From positions 217,248,001 through 217,312,000 of the forward strand of contig OZ024740.1 in NCBI GenBank assembly GCA_964016885.1: 64,000 bases of DNA, given 5' to 3'. The position numbers and the translations under genes are program-made. This document shows, piece by piece, positions 40,445-53,840 of this stretch. The notes under the pieces were generated by a model, which saw only the letters and a list, made by a program, of their open reading frames with translations, searched no databases and was not told the DNA's origin. The DNA comes from Eledone cirrhosa (taxonomy: Eukaryota). Within the stretch, counting starts at the first letter, position 1, and every line of letters starts with the position of its first letter.

Positions 40445-40970
40445 CAATATAGACAGTCTTATAAATAAATAGATTCGACATACCTTTCAACATCGACTTG
40501 CATTTGAAAAGTTGATTTGGCAGTAAAAATATTATGGACAGTTGTAAAAAGAAAGAAAGAAAGAAAGAAAGAAAAACGAAGAAAAAGAAGAAATGCATGC
40601 AACTAAATAGAGAGAGATAGAAAGATAGATAAAGAGAAGAACTTCATGTAAAGAAACAGAGAGAGATATATAGAGAGAGGAAATAGATAGAGATAGATAG
40701 ATATAGATAGAGAAAAGTAGGTAGTTGAGCATCAGTTGAATGACGTATCAATGATACATTTATTTATTTATTTATTTATTTAGCTCTAGTATTAATGTAA
40801 AGAGAGATATATGTGGTTAGGAGAGAAAACAGCCGTTATATAGAGAGAAAAAAGAAAAATGAAAAATAACCAGACATAAGCGAGGCAGAATTTAAAAACA
40901 CTATGTTTCATCAATGTAGAAATATTAGTTCGTATAAAAACAGGCATTATTTATAAGACTGTCTATATTG

Positions 40971-41036
40971 TATTTTGTCTGAAGAAGGCATAACATATTG
41001 TTAATATGATATCCCTGAAATATATATAATGAAATA
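40971..41036 (+). ncRNA. Hammerhead ribozyme (family A)
   Basis: TATTTTGT-CTGAAGA...GAAA-TATATA-TA-ATGAAATA. Confidence 0.8.
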
Positions 41037-41188
41037 AATATGGTTTTATAAATATAATTTCCATTTATTTAATATCGTAAATATACTCCAAATACTTGTT
41101 GAGTGCTTTTATATCAGTTATAAATATTTACTCGTTGTAACCCAACAATTTAAATATAACTTTCCATATATATATATATATATATATA

Positions 41189-41241
<53 letters not shown>

Positions 41242-41262
41242 TTATATATATATATATATATA

Positions 41263-41357
<95 letters not shown>

Positions 41358-41358
41358 T

Positions 41359-41411
<53 letters not shown>

Positions 41412-41426
41412 CACTTATATATATAT

Positions 41427-41464
<38 letters not shown>

Positions 41465-41498
41465 CTTATATATATATATATATATATATATATACTTA

Positions 41499-41538
<40 letters not shown>

Positions 41539-41682
41539 CTTATATATATATATATAAAACTTATCGTTTTCGGTATGCCTGACCGATTTAACTCACTCAA
41601 TATGCAAATTAGGCTGCTCAGCCGTTAATTTTCATAAGGAAAGTATATACTTTCGAACGTTCAACTATCTGGCAGATGGGTA

Positions 41683-41727
41683 AACGGTGCTGATGATAGC
41701 TAACAAGCTTGAAACTAGTACATCGTT
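41683..41727 (+). ncRNA. Hammerhead ribozyme in solo insert 41557-42050 (related to family B)
   Basis: AACGGTG-CTGATGA-TAGCT-AACA-AGCTT-GAAA-CTAG-TA-CATCGTT; GUA triplet. Confidence 0.82.
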
Positions 41728-41880
41728 CCTGTGTCAGTGTTGAACAAAAAGGTGACGTGGTTGCCTTAACACCGTATGGCATAAATTCAGGCTGTTCAGT
41801 TTGTTGACAAACGAACAAAGCAGCGCTATAATAAGCGTCTGCTAAACTGATGCGTGCATATATGTATGTGTACCTGCATG

Positions 41881-41931
<51 letters not shown>

Positions 41932-42062
41932 GCTACTGTACGTCTGTATACATATATGTATGTACGTATACATACATACTTACATTTAAGTAAGTGCCAT
42001 ACTAAGAGTGAGAAATGAAATTTCGTTTTTCGTTTTCATTTTTTTCAACTTATATATATACT

Positions 42063-42144
<82 letters not shown>

Positions 42145-42179
42145 TTATAAGAATCAAAGAACTGTTCAAAACATTTTTA

Positions 42180-42226
42180 TGCTTACAACTGTTTCCTCCA
42201 AACCGAGGTTTGGATTCTTCGGAGCA
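42180..42226 (-). ncRNA. Hammerhead-like motif with CCGAAGA core (U4C)
   Basis: Minus strand TGCT-CCGAAGA-A-TCCAAACC-TC-GGTTTGGA-G-GAAA-CAGTTG-TA-AGCA; same stem I/III layout as 20787. Confidence 0.68.
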
Positions 42227-43593
42227 ATTTATTAATGAATGAACACTTATATGACCTCCTTTTCACCCAAGAGACATACAGATACATATGCAAATATTGT
42301 GGGTCAACATTCATTACAGCATTTAGAGTGGCAGTACACACTTAGAGATTACATTCATATTAAAAGATACAATCAAAAATACAGATTAAAATACAACATG
42401 AAAATAAGCGGTTATATAGTGCAAAGGTTATATGTGTGGCAAGCACGTGCGTCTTGTTTATATAGTGTGGCAGAGAGTTACGTGTAGTAGAAGCACTTAA
42501 GCAGGTAATCAAGAGTGTTAGGTTGGTTGATCTGGTGACGAATTCTTTATATGATTGTTATAGTCTGTGTGCGGAGAAATAATATAAGTATTAAAAATAG
42601 TGTAAGCATTAAAAATATTGGAAATGCACAGCGAAGCGATGATATGGACTTCATGCACTTCGACATTTTCATAGTCCGGGGAGCGTATTTTTCAGATTAT
42701 ATGCCCCTCACATAATCCACGACGATTCGATATTGGGCGTTTGACAATCCAGTTAGAGAATCGTAGTCTGATGTTCTTTAGTTCAATACAGGAGGATGTT
42801 ACGTTTCGAGAATCGACATCGAAATACTACCCGGAAGTGTGTGTGTGGCTAAGGGGAGTTAATGCATGAGGGGAGGTAACTCCGTGGTTTCTATTACTAA
42901 CTATTAAAATGTGTCTCAAAATAGACCCTAACTTATATGGTTATGTGCAATTTCTAAAAAATTTCTAAAATTTAAAGTGTTTTAACTATAGAGTAGTCTA
43001 TTAAGTTGTGCTGAAGGTGTTCTTATTATTATGGTGATTAACCCCCATCGTAGAGTGCCACAAATGAATATTATACACGACGAGCGAGGATTCTAGATTA
43101 ATGATCTCTGGTAAGTTCTGGGTCATTGCTTGCTACATTGGATGTCGAAAGATAATCATCATCAGGGCCGACCAGAGGTCAATCCACAGTCCTCATGACT
43201 CCAATCCGACCATCAAATCATCCATATATGTACAACCCATACGCCACTTGCAATACATTCATTCACTGCACTCAGCGTACCGGTCATACCGCTCATCAGC
43301 GTTACTAGATTAATTCGTTTTTCATTTGTCCAACGATGGCACTTACTCCGCACAGCACCAACAAGACAATCAATTCAATGCTTAAATTAACTATAAAGTG
43401 GTGTAGTGCAGTTCAAGCGAGTGGATGTTGTCACACCTAAAGTAGAGGTACAAATGGGTATTCCCCCTGTGAAGGGTTCTAGAGGGAAGTCGCTGTTTGT
43501 GTTATATTAGATCAGTGAGTGTTGGGTATGTGGTATAAGGTGTGCCCCTGGTGTTTGGTGCTAGAGGTGGTGTTTGGTTCAAGTCCGACATTG

Positions 43594-45198
43594 CTATATA
43601 TTGGGCTTAAAGTTTTGGAAGGAATGACTGAAGCGGTGCTGGCAAGTTGCAAACACTTCAGATTTTTTGTTAAGTAGGTTACGGTTAGAGAAGATAATAT
43701 TGTGGGTCTCTAGTATACAGAGGTTACAAAATTTATTAGATGGTTTGTACGAAGTCGCGCTACCTATCACTTCCCATTTGAGTGTGTAAGGTTTATTTTT
43801 AGTTTTTAGATAGTGTATGTAGCTAGATAGTGAGGTGGAGTTGGCTAGATTGTGCTTTTTGAACGAGTGGATGTGCGAATTATATCTGATTTTGAAGCAG
43901 TTAGAAGTGGAGCCTACATAGGTTTCTGAAGAGTTGTTAGTTGTGACGGTGCATGAGTATATGATATCCTTGGTTAGGCATTTTTTATCTAAAGGGCAGG
44001 TTCTATTAGCTCTACAGTTACAATTATCCTGTGTGTTAGTCTGCTGGTTATAATGCAGTGCAGAAGTCTGGGTGGTAGCTATAGGATTTTGGACATTCGG
44101 GTTGTCGACCACGGTGTCATTTCTATTATTACTGCCGTTACTATGGTTGCTTGCTACAGAGGTATTTAGAAGGTTTACCTCCTGTTGTGATTTCGTTTGT
44201 TGGAAGTAAGAATTAATTTTACTTTTATTGCTGCTAGCTATGTGGTATGCTAAGTTAGGCATCGTAGAGTATGAGATTTTAATAGTGTTTTTGTTTAAAA
44301 GGTTGTGGTACTTGTGTCCTAGAGGGAAGTTTTTATCTAGTAGTGAGAAGAAAGCCCTAGGTATGTTGGTGGAGACATTTGGGTTGAAAGGAGGGTTGAA
44401 AAATGTATTATTTCTTCTTCTATTTTTGTTTTTAGTGTCTGGTGTGTTGTTTCTTCCTAAGGTACTACGGTAGTTTCCGTGGTAATGGTTACTTCCGGTG
44501 GCACCCTCCGCTTTGGTGTACGTGTGGTTGCTATTCCTATTATTAGGTTTCCTCATGGACATGTGCGAGATGATGTTGTAGCTATGCGTTTTCTTAGGTA
44601 GGAACTCAATTTCTATATTATGGCCGGATCTAGCTAATGCTTGAGAGTAATATTGTGAGTTTTTCCTAAATATGTTTGCGTCATAGGATAGATTAGAGTT
44701 TCTATTGGATACCCCCTTAGGGATAGAGTTTAATATTGATCTAGGGTGATTAGACTTGGTATCTACGTAAATGAGTTTTTCGTTAGGCTTATGGAAAGGT
44801 GTATATATTTTTGAGTCTAGGTATAGTTTGGCGTCTAGGAAGTTAACATTTTTAGTGTTTTTGTCCATGGTGATACTAAGGTTAAAGTTTTTGAATGTCT
44901 TGTGCAATAGTTTTCTAGTTCTTTCTATATTAAATTTTTTATATTCTATAAGTAGAAGTGCATCATCGCGGTACAAACCACCGTTGAGGTAAGGGAGGTC
45001 CTTATGGATTTCATTAAGAAGGTACAGGCCGACCAAATCAGTGACCTGCGCCGAGTCACTAGATCCCATGGTTATGTCGAAGTTGTTGTGCGTATCCTTG
45101 CGTGTCCATAGTTGGTCCTCGAAGGTGATTATGGTTTTACGGGCCGCAAGGATGACATCAATCTGGGCTCTAGTCAGGTCGCTATTGTTCATGGCCAT
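43594..45198 (-). CDS. PLE RT plus GIY-YIG endonuclease (partial ORF)
   Basis: MGSSDSAQVTDLVG, LYRDD, FFNPPF, CNCR..CPL..CL, IIY..YVGST, CNLC. Confidence 0.92.
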   Translation of the reverse strand: MAMNNSDLTRAQIDVILAARKTIITFEDQLWTRKDTHNNFDITMGSSDSAQVTDLVGLYLLNEIHKDLPYLNGGLYRDDALLLIEYKKFNIERTRKLLHKTFKNFNLSITMDKNTKNVNFLDAKLYLDSKIYTPFHKPNEKLIYVDTKSNHPRSILNSIPKGVSNRNSNLSYDANIFRKNSQYYSQALARSGHNIEIEFLPKKTHSYNIISHMSMRKPNNRNSNHTYTKAEGATGSNHYHGNYRSTLGRNNTPDTKNKNRRRNNTFFNPPFNPNVSTNIPRAFFSLLDKNFPLGHKYHNLLNKNTIKISYSTMPNLAYHIASSNKSKINSYFQQTKSQQEVNLLNTSVASNHSNGSNNRNDTVVDNPNVQNPIATTQTSALHYNQQTNTQDNCNCRANRTCPLDKKCLTKDIIYSCTVTTNNSSETYVGSTSNCFKIRYNSHIHSFKKHNLANSTSLSSYIHYLKTKNKPYTLKWEVIGSATSYKPSNKFCNLCILETHNIIFSNRNLLNKKSEVFATCQHRFSHSFQNFKPNI

Positions 45199-46040
45199 GA
45201 TTAGTGCCTTATTTAATAGGATAGGGGAAATAGAGGTGTAGTATGAATTGATATCAAATTGAATAAATTTTTTGTCCTTATTATTCTTGATATCTTTGAA
45301 CCATTCAATAACTTCACCCGTATTTCCCCATTGTTTAAGGTGTATCTTGTGTTTAATTTGTGGGATGATTTTATCTAAAATTTTCTTGCTGATAATACCA
45401 ATGTCGGACTTGGAAGGGCAGATAAGTCTTATCGAGGGGTTACTAATGAAGTCCTCCTTATGATCCTTCAGAGAGAATCTAGGGGGTTTGGGGTGTATGG
45501 TTTTGTATGCCTCCGAAGTCCTAGTTTAGACACTATATTATATCCCTCTATATTAATATCCTCTAAGTTTTTCAAAGTGGTCTTCTTGTAGCTTTTATGT
45601 AGTTCATTATATATAAACTTTCTATAAGTATTATAATCTATGCTGTATATGTTATTAGTTTTATCTGCGTGTACAATAATTTTATTACTAGTTTTGAATC
45701 CATTAATAGAGGTGTTAAGTTTGTTTAAGAAGGTGTTGCTTCTATTATGGTGCTTATTGTATTTAATGTTCTTAACTAGTTTAACTAGGTCATTTTCAAA
45801 GGTAGTGTGTTATGAGGGGGGCTTTTAAAGGTTTTAAAGCCGAAGGAGTCAAATTTGTTAGTATTATTAACATTGTGAGATCTGTTTTTATCATAATGGA
45901 ATGTCCTCCATCTCACTCTATTGATAAATAAATTTACACTGTTGATCAGCAATTTCTCATATGTATTCTTGGATGGTATTGGTATGTTCTTGGTTGACAT
46001 GGGGAGTTGGTCTTTGATTAGCATATTGGTAATTTATTGT

Positions 46041-46108
46041 TATATAAGTATATATATATATATATATATATAAGTATATATATATATATAAGTATATATA
46101 TATATAAG

Positions 46109-46139
<31 letters not shown>

Positions 46140-46199
46140 GTATATATATATATATATATAAGTATATATATATATATATAAGTATATATATATATATAA

Positions 46200-46240
<41 letters not shown>

Positions 46241-46275
46241 TATATATATATATAAGTATATATATATATATATAA

Positions 46276-46348
<73 letters not shown>

Positions 46349-46553
46349 TATATATATATATATAAGTATATATATATATAAGTATATATATATATATATA
46401 TATAAGTATATATATATATATATAAGTATATATATATATATAAGTATATATATATATATATATAAGTATATATATATTTATATATAAGTATATATATATA
46501 TATAAGTATATATATATATATATATAAGTATATATATATATATATATAAGTAT

Positions 46554-46586
<33 letters not shown>

Positions 46587-46587
46587 A

Positions 46588-46669
<82 letters not shown>

Positions 46670-47237
46670 TTATATATATATATACTTATATATATATATA
46701 TACTTATATATATGTGCCATGATTCGGTCTTGTTTATCTTCTATTACCAACCCACCTAAAAAAATTACATTGAGCTATACCTTTACTGTCATTTCTATAA
46801 TACGAAGAGGGTGTTTAACTCCAACACACTCTAGTATTTTAATTCTTGTTACTGCTCCTGATTGGTTGAGCTTCCTCCTATATACTGGTGTTTTGGCCTT
46901 TATATATATCTGACAGTATGCTAACAAAGAGTTACCTGCCTTTATCTCTGAAGAATATTCCCATCCCCTCTAGAAATACTTATGAAAAACTCTTAATTGC
47001 TAGTGTTAACTCCTTCGTAAAAAGGATTAGATGGCGTGCTATGATATTAATAGGAATAGGACTGACCCCAAGCATAGAACTCATTTCAATAACTTTGGCT
47101 TCAATACATCAAAAGTCTTTATATATATATTTATATATTTATATATATATATACTTATATATATATGTATATATAAGTATATATATATACTTATATATAT
47201 ATATATAAGTATATATATATACTTATATATATATATA

Positions 47238-47327
<90 letters not shown>

Positions 47328-47339
47328 TGTATATATATG

Positions 47340-47377
<38 letters not shown>

Positions 47378-47406
47378 AGTATATATATATATATATATAT
47401 ATATAA

Positions 47407-47455
<49 letters not shown>

Positions 47456-47547
47456 AGTATATATATATATATATACTTATATATATATATATATATACTT
47501 ATATATATATATATATACTTATATATATATATATATATATATATATA

Positions 47548-47608
<61 letters not shown>

Positions 47609-47633
47609 TTATATATATATATATATATATATA

Positions 47634-47713
<80 letters not shown>

Positions 47714-47742
47714 TATATATATATATATATATATATATATAA

Positions 47743-47802
<60 letters not shown>

Positions 47803-47882
47803 TTGTATATATATATATATACTTGTATATATATATAAGTATATATATATATATAAGTATATATATATATATATATATATAA

Positions 47883-47937
<55 letters not shown>

Positions 47938-48029
47938 AGTATATATATATATATATATATATATAAGTATATATATATATATATAAGTATATATATATAT
48001 ATATAAGTATATATATATATATATATAAG

Positions 48030-48067
<38 letters not shown>

Positions 48068-48292
48068 AGTATATATATATATATAAGTATATATATATAT
48101 AAATAAGTATATATATATATAAGTATATATATATATATATATATATAAGTATATATATATATATATATATATATAAGTATATATATATATATATATATAA
48201 GTATATATATATATATATAAGTATATATATATATAAGTATATATATATATATATATATATATACTTATATATATATATATACTTATATATAT
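46041..48292. repeat. (TA)n/TAAG microsatellite containing a duplicated PLE 5' end (46713-47122)
   Basis: 46713-47104 is nearly identical to 48293-48684. Confidence 0.95.
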
Positions 48293-48496
48293 GTGCCATG
48301 ATTCGGTCTTGTTTATCTTCTATTACCAACCCACCTAAAAAAATTACATTGAGCTATACCTTTACTGTCATTTCTATAATACGAAGAGGGTGTTTAACTC
48401 CAACACACTCTAGTATTTTAATTCTTGTTACTGCTCCTGATTGGTTGAGCTTCCTCCTATATACTGGTGTTTTGGCCTTTATATATATCTGACAGT

Positions 48497-51177
48497 ATGC
48501 TAACAAAGAGTTACCTGCCTTTATCTCTGAAGAATATTCCCCTCCCCTCTAGAAATACTTATGAAAAACTCTTAATTGCTAGTGTTAACTCCTTCGTAAA
48601 AAGGATTAGATGGCGTGCTATGATATTAATAGGAATAGGACTGACCCCAGGCATAGAACTCATTTCAATAACTTTGGCTTCAAAACTTATAAGAGCCGAC
48701 CACATAATGTTCTATTAGATAATTTTGAAAATGACTTACTTTCCCTTGTCAAAAATATTAGGTATAGGCCATATAATAGACATGGAAATTATAATAAGTT
48801 TGACAGGTTCCAGTCTAGACTTGAAAATATTGTTAAGCGTTTTAGAGAGAATAAGTCTATTCTTGTCCCGGCTGATAAGACTAAGAATCTATACTCTATG
48901 GATTACTGTGCTTACTGTAATTTTATTTATAAGGAGCTACATAGAAATTATAAAAAGACTACGCAGGATAATTTGAACCATATCAATAGTGAGGGTCTTA
49001 AGATAGTCTCGGACCTTGGCCTCGATAGGTATACCCAGCCATATTACCCTAGGGAACCGAGATTTACTCTTAAGGATCATAAGGTAGACTTCATTAGTAA
49101 TCCCTCTGTTAGACTTATCTGTCCTTCTAAGTCTGATATAGCCATAGTTAGTAAGAAAATCCTTGACCTTATTATGCCAGATGTTAGGGAGAGGGTTAAT
49201 TTTAACCTATGGGGGAACACTAAGGAGGTTATAGATTGGTTCTCTGGGATTGATAAACTTGAATCTAGTAGGTTTATCCAGTTCGATATTGATGCCTATT
49301 ACACATCGATTTCACCCATCCTCCTTAACAAAGCCTTAATGTTGGCCATGAGAGTGTCCATCCTTACACGATCACAGGTAGATATTATACTAGCAGCCCG
49401 TAGAACTATCATTAATTTTGAGGATACATTTTGGACCCGTAAAAACACGCCCAACAATTTCGACGTTACAATGGGTTCGAGTGATTCGGCCCAGGTAACT
49501 GATCTTGTTGGGCTGTTCCTCCTAAACGAACTATATGTTACCTTTCCGCACCTTAAAGGCGGACTTTATCGTGACGATACTTTGTTTGTGATTAACTCTA
49601 GCACCAACAACGTCGAGCATAATAAGAAGAAGCTTTATAAGTTTTTTAAAAGCTATAACCTTTCGATCACGATAGATAGAAATGATAGAGCGGTCAACTT
49701 TTTAGATGTGACTTTGGACTTGGTCACTAATAGTTTTAAATCCTTCCATAAGCCTAATGAAATACTCTCTTATGTTAGTCCCAATTCTAACCACCCCAAA
49801 TCTATGATAAGCTCTATAATTAAGGGTGTATCTAATAGGATTTCCACACTCTCTAAGGACGTAGGAACATTTAATGCACATGCAGAGTACTATAATAATG
49901 CCCTAGCAAATTCCGGTTACTCTGGTAAAATACATTATAATAATAGTAACCTTAGAAAATCTCCGCTTACTTATAATAATAATAACATAATATCCCATAA
50001 TATGGCCATGAATGGGAGTAGAAAGCATAAGAATCGTAGAAATCACATAGGTGTATCTGAACCCATCCATAAGTTAAGCCACCGGACTCGTAATAGTGAG
50101 TCTAATACTTCTCGAAATCAAGTCGTGCCCCCTGAGCGCTCACGCAGTTGTAATGCTTTTGCTAAATCTAATTATAATAGTGTTGTTTCTACTGATCCTA
50201 TTATTAGCCCTAATCCTTTTGATATACTTCCAGATAGCAGCAGATATACTAATGGTTGAAACAAAAAGAGACTTAATGGAGTTTCGGCTGATTCTAATAA
50301 TGTGGTTTTAACTAGTCCTTGTAGTAACCCAAATCTTAATAAGGGGATATTAGATAACGGTAGAGTTGGTAAGGATAAAAATAGAAGGAGACTAAATACT
50401 TATTTTAACCCGCCTTATAATCAGGAAGTATTAACTAACATCCCTAGGTCTTTCTTTTCTATCTTAGAGAAAAATTTCCCTCCTACTAATAAATACCATA
50501 GTATTTTTAATAAAAATGTAATTAAACTTTCATTCTCTACCACCCCTAATATTAGTTCTCATTTAGCTAGCACTAACAAAGGGAAAATTAGGGATGGATA
50601 CTCCTCTCTACGTACTACTAGTCCGAATGGATCCATAAATACCTTACCACTAGAGCAGACCTTATCTCATAGTAACCCTACGTGTGATGCATCACTACTT
50701 CAGCCGATCAATAGCACCCGGAAGTGTAACTGTAGAGTGAGTGCTAACTGCCCTTTAAACGGTAACTGCCTCTCTAAGAACATCGTTTATGCTTGTGTAG
50801 TTAAAACAAATTCCTCTAATAGTACATATATAGGCTCTACATCTAACCCTTTTAAGACTAGGTTTAATTCTCATATCTCTAATTTTAAACATGTTAGGTT
50901 TAAGAATTCTACTTCTTTAGCACACCATATCTGGGATCTTAAGGGGGCTAATATACCATATAGCCTTAATTGGCGAATAGTAGCACGCTCTAATAACCTT
51001 TCAACACATACTAAATTTTGTAATCTCTGTATCCTTGAGACCCACTCTATAATTTTCTCTAGGGAAACCTTACTTAATAGAAAGTCTGAGATATTCTCTT
51101 CTTGCCGCCACGCCATTTCAAATTCTTACTTTTATTATAAACCTAAAGGTTCTAGTAGTGTAAATTGTATCCATTAG
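48497..51177 (+). pseudogene. PLE RT/GIY-YIG ORF with a frameshift at ~48620 and an in-frame TGA at 50257-50259
   Basis: ORFs 48610-50259 and 50302-51177 are in the same frame; the N-terminus MLTKSYLPLSLKNIP..RIRWRA is in another frame. Confidence 0.9.
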
Positions 51178-52464
51178 CTGCTATATTCCCTTATCTTTTT
51201 AGTTTAGGTTCATTTTGTTTACCACCATCATTATCATTATTATTATTATTGGTTTTTAACAGCTTTTCATCCTAGTTTTCATAGTCCTTTGGCTACCATA
51301 CCATATCTATATTATATTTTCACTATTAACACCTTATGAGTTTATATCTGATTATATATTTTATTTTATATTATTTTATTTTATTTTATTTGGATTATTC
51401 TTTAGATAATTACCCCCCCCCCCACACACACACTTGTCATTCGCCCCTTCAAATATACTATAATTATATTCAATTCCCTTTTATGCTCCTTTCTATTGTA
51501 TAATACAATATATTGATTATGATTTTATGCTCCTTCGTATCCTCCATACATTTCTTTTTTCTGTCCCCATTGGCCTACCATAATTATACTTAAAGTCCGT
51601 TTATTAGATAACGTTATTCAACTGATAGTAGAATATTTCATTCTTTCCACATATTTTTATAGCGATATCTTAAACTTTGGAGTTTTTGATTACTTAAACC
51701 ATAGCTAATTTTGTATTGACTTATTACGTATTTTAAATACTTTCAATATTAATTAATTTAATAGGGTTTTCTAGTCATTTATCCGGGTTTGTTTCCTAAA
51801 TTTTTTACTTAACTGCATGTGACACCTAAGTAAATACTTTTGTTTTTGTTTTTCGATTTCCGGTTGATTTTATTTATATATTTATACTACCGTGCGTAGT
51901 TTTCTGTCTGGTTCTTATTCACTTATTCATAAATGTCTGTCCACCAACCACGTAATTATGTATATTATACTATGTTCAATATTTTATATTGAAATTTTTA
52001 TATCATTCCACTCTTTGTAAACGTACTACTGATCTTTATTATTTACCGATTATTAAATGTACCATTATGTTATGTTAAATTTTGTAAATTCTGTAATATG
52101 TTTATACTTTTATAATTTTTGTAATGTTTGGATAATATTTATTTACACCAATTGTAGAGAAATGTGACCTCCATCTGTTTTCTTGCAATGGTTTTGATAT
52201 TTTTCCAACATAATTTTTCCAACATAATTTAGTTCTGTACAATATTTTTTCTCACCCGGTCTGTAACTCTATATGATTTGTTAAGTTATATGCCATTATA
52301 TTAAAATATTGTTATTATAGTATTATTGTAACATTTATATTGTTTGTGCAAATTAACCGGATATTATCTATTATATAATTATATAATTATATAGTTTATT
52401 ATAATATATTATATGTTTACTTTTAATCATTTCTTCTTCACTTTATACTGTGAATAATATATGA

Positions 52465-52812
52465 ATTCATTTCATCATTTTCATTTCATTTTACGTCCGC
52501 TTTTTCCCTGCTTGCAAGGGTAGGAAGGGAACTGATGCTGGCTTGATTTCTACAGCTGGATGCCCTTCCTAACACCAACCTCATTTACAGTGAGTGCTGG
52601 GGGCTTTTTTGCCGTGGCACCTCCACGAACACTTTGCAGTGGAATGATAGGGACCCCAGTCCCTATCATCTCATTTCTACAGCTGAGTAAACTGGAGCAA
52701 TGTGAAATAAAGTGTCTTGCTCAAGGAAACAACACATCACCCGGTCTGAGAATAGAACTCACAACCTTTCGATTGCAAGGCCAATGCTCTAACCACTAAG
52801 CCATGCGCCTCC
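52465..52812 (-). mobile_element. tRNA-derived SINE with CORE-like body and RTE-derived 3' tail
   Basis: Minus strand GGAGGCGCATGGCTTAGTGGTTAGAGC (A box)..GAGTTCTATTC (B box)..CCTTGAGCAAGACACTTTATTTCAC..GGTTGGTGTTAGGAAGGGCATCC (shared with the RTE 3' UTR). Confidence 0.85.
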
Positions 52813-53281
52813 AATTATATTTTTATTTTCATTTCTATTTTTATTTTTATTCTTCTTCTTATTATTATTCTTATTTATATTTAAACTCTTAATAAGGGTT
52901 AGTTTGTGCTTTTATTGATGTAAATGTGTATTGTTATATATGTATATATGTGTACATATGTATATATATATATATGCATATTGGGCCTTTTAATATTATT
53001 TTTAATATTATTATTATTATTGTCATTATCAATTATATTATTTTATATTATATTATATTATATATAGTACAATAATTCCCGCTCTATATCACCACCTTTG
53101 TTTAGCTTTAGTTTTTGCATTGGACTATATTTGTAATAAGGTTGAAAATGTTATTCACTTCCTTAGCAATTTTTACTTGATCATTTTTACCCGATAATTT
53201 TCCTATGTTTTATTGTATGTACACTCCATATTCTTCTGAGTTTTTGGCTTGTAGTGGCCGATAGTGCTTCTTATAGCTTTA

Positions 53282-53326
53282 ATTGCCCTGATGAGTCCTT
53301 AATAGGACGAAACATTGTTGGCTAAT
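53282..53326 (+). ncRNA. Hammerhead ribozyme in PLE 3' end
   Basis: ATTGCC-CTGATGA-GTCCT-TAAT-AGGAC-GAAA-CATTG-TT-GGCTAAT; GUU triplet. Confidence 0.88.
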
Positions 53327-53469
53327 AAAGACTTTTGATGTATTGAAGGGTTCTTTGGTTTATTTTCATAATTCTTCGGCTCTGTTTAATTACATTGAGC
53401 TATACCTTTACTGTCATTTCTATAATACGAAGAGGGTGTTTAACTCCAACACACTCTAGTATTTTAATT

Positions 53470-53554
<85 letters not shown>

Positions 53555-53555
53555 T

Positions 53556-53590
<35 letters not shown>

Positions 53591-53645
53591 ATTTATATAT
53601 ATATATATTTATATATATATTTATATATTTATATATATATATATT

Positions 53646-53682
<37 letters not shown>

Positions 53683-53840
53683 ATTTATATATATTTATAT
53701 ATTTATATATATATATATATTTATATATTTATATATAAATTTATATATATTTATATATATATATATTTATATATTTATATATATATATATTTATATATTT
53801 ATATATATATATATATTTATATATTTATATATATATATAT

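Larger units (their letters stand above)
40336..41166. mobile_element. Second copy of family A fold-back element
   Basis: 40336-40468 is the reverse complement of 40947-41079; tail 41080-41166 matches 17446-17533. Confidence 0.88.
42141..46040 (-). mobile_element. Near full-length Penelope-like element (Naiad type), frameshifted near the N-terminus
   Basis: N-terminus [20 protein letters not shown] (45785-46024), ORF 43594-45198 and a long 3' UTR ending in an HHR-like motif. Confidence 0.92.
48293..53472 (+). mobile_element. Full-length Penelope-like element (Naiad type) with 85-bp terminal direct repeat
   Basis: ATG at 48497, RT-EN to 51177, long 3' UTR, HHR at 53282; 53388-53472 equals 48342-48426. 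Confidence 0.93.
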
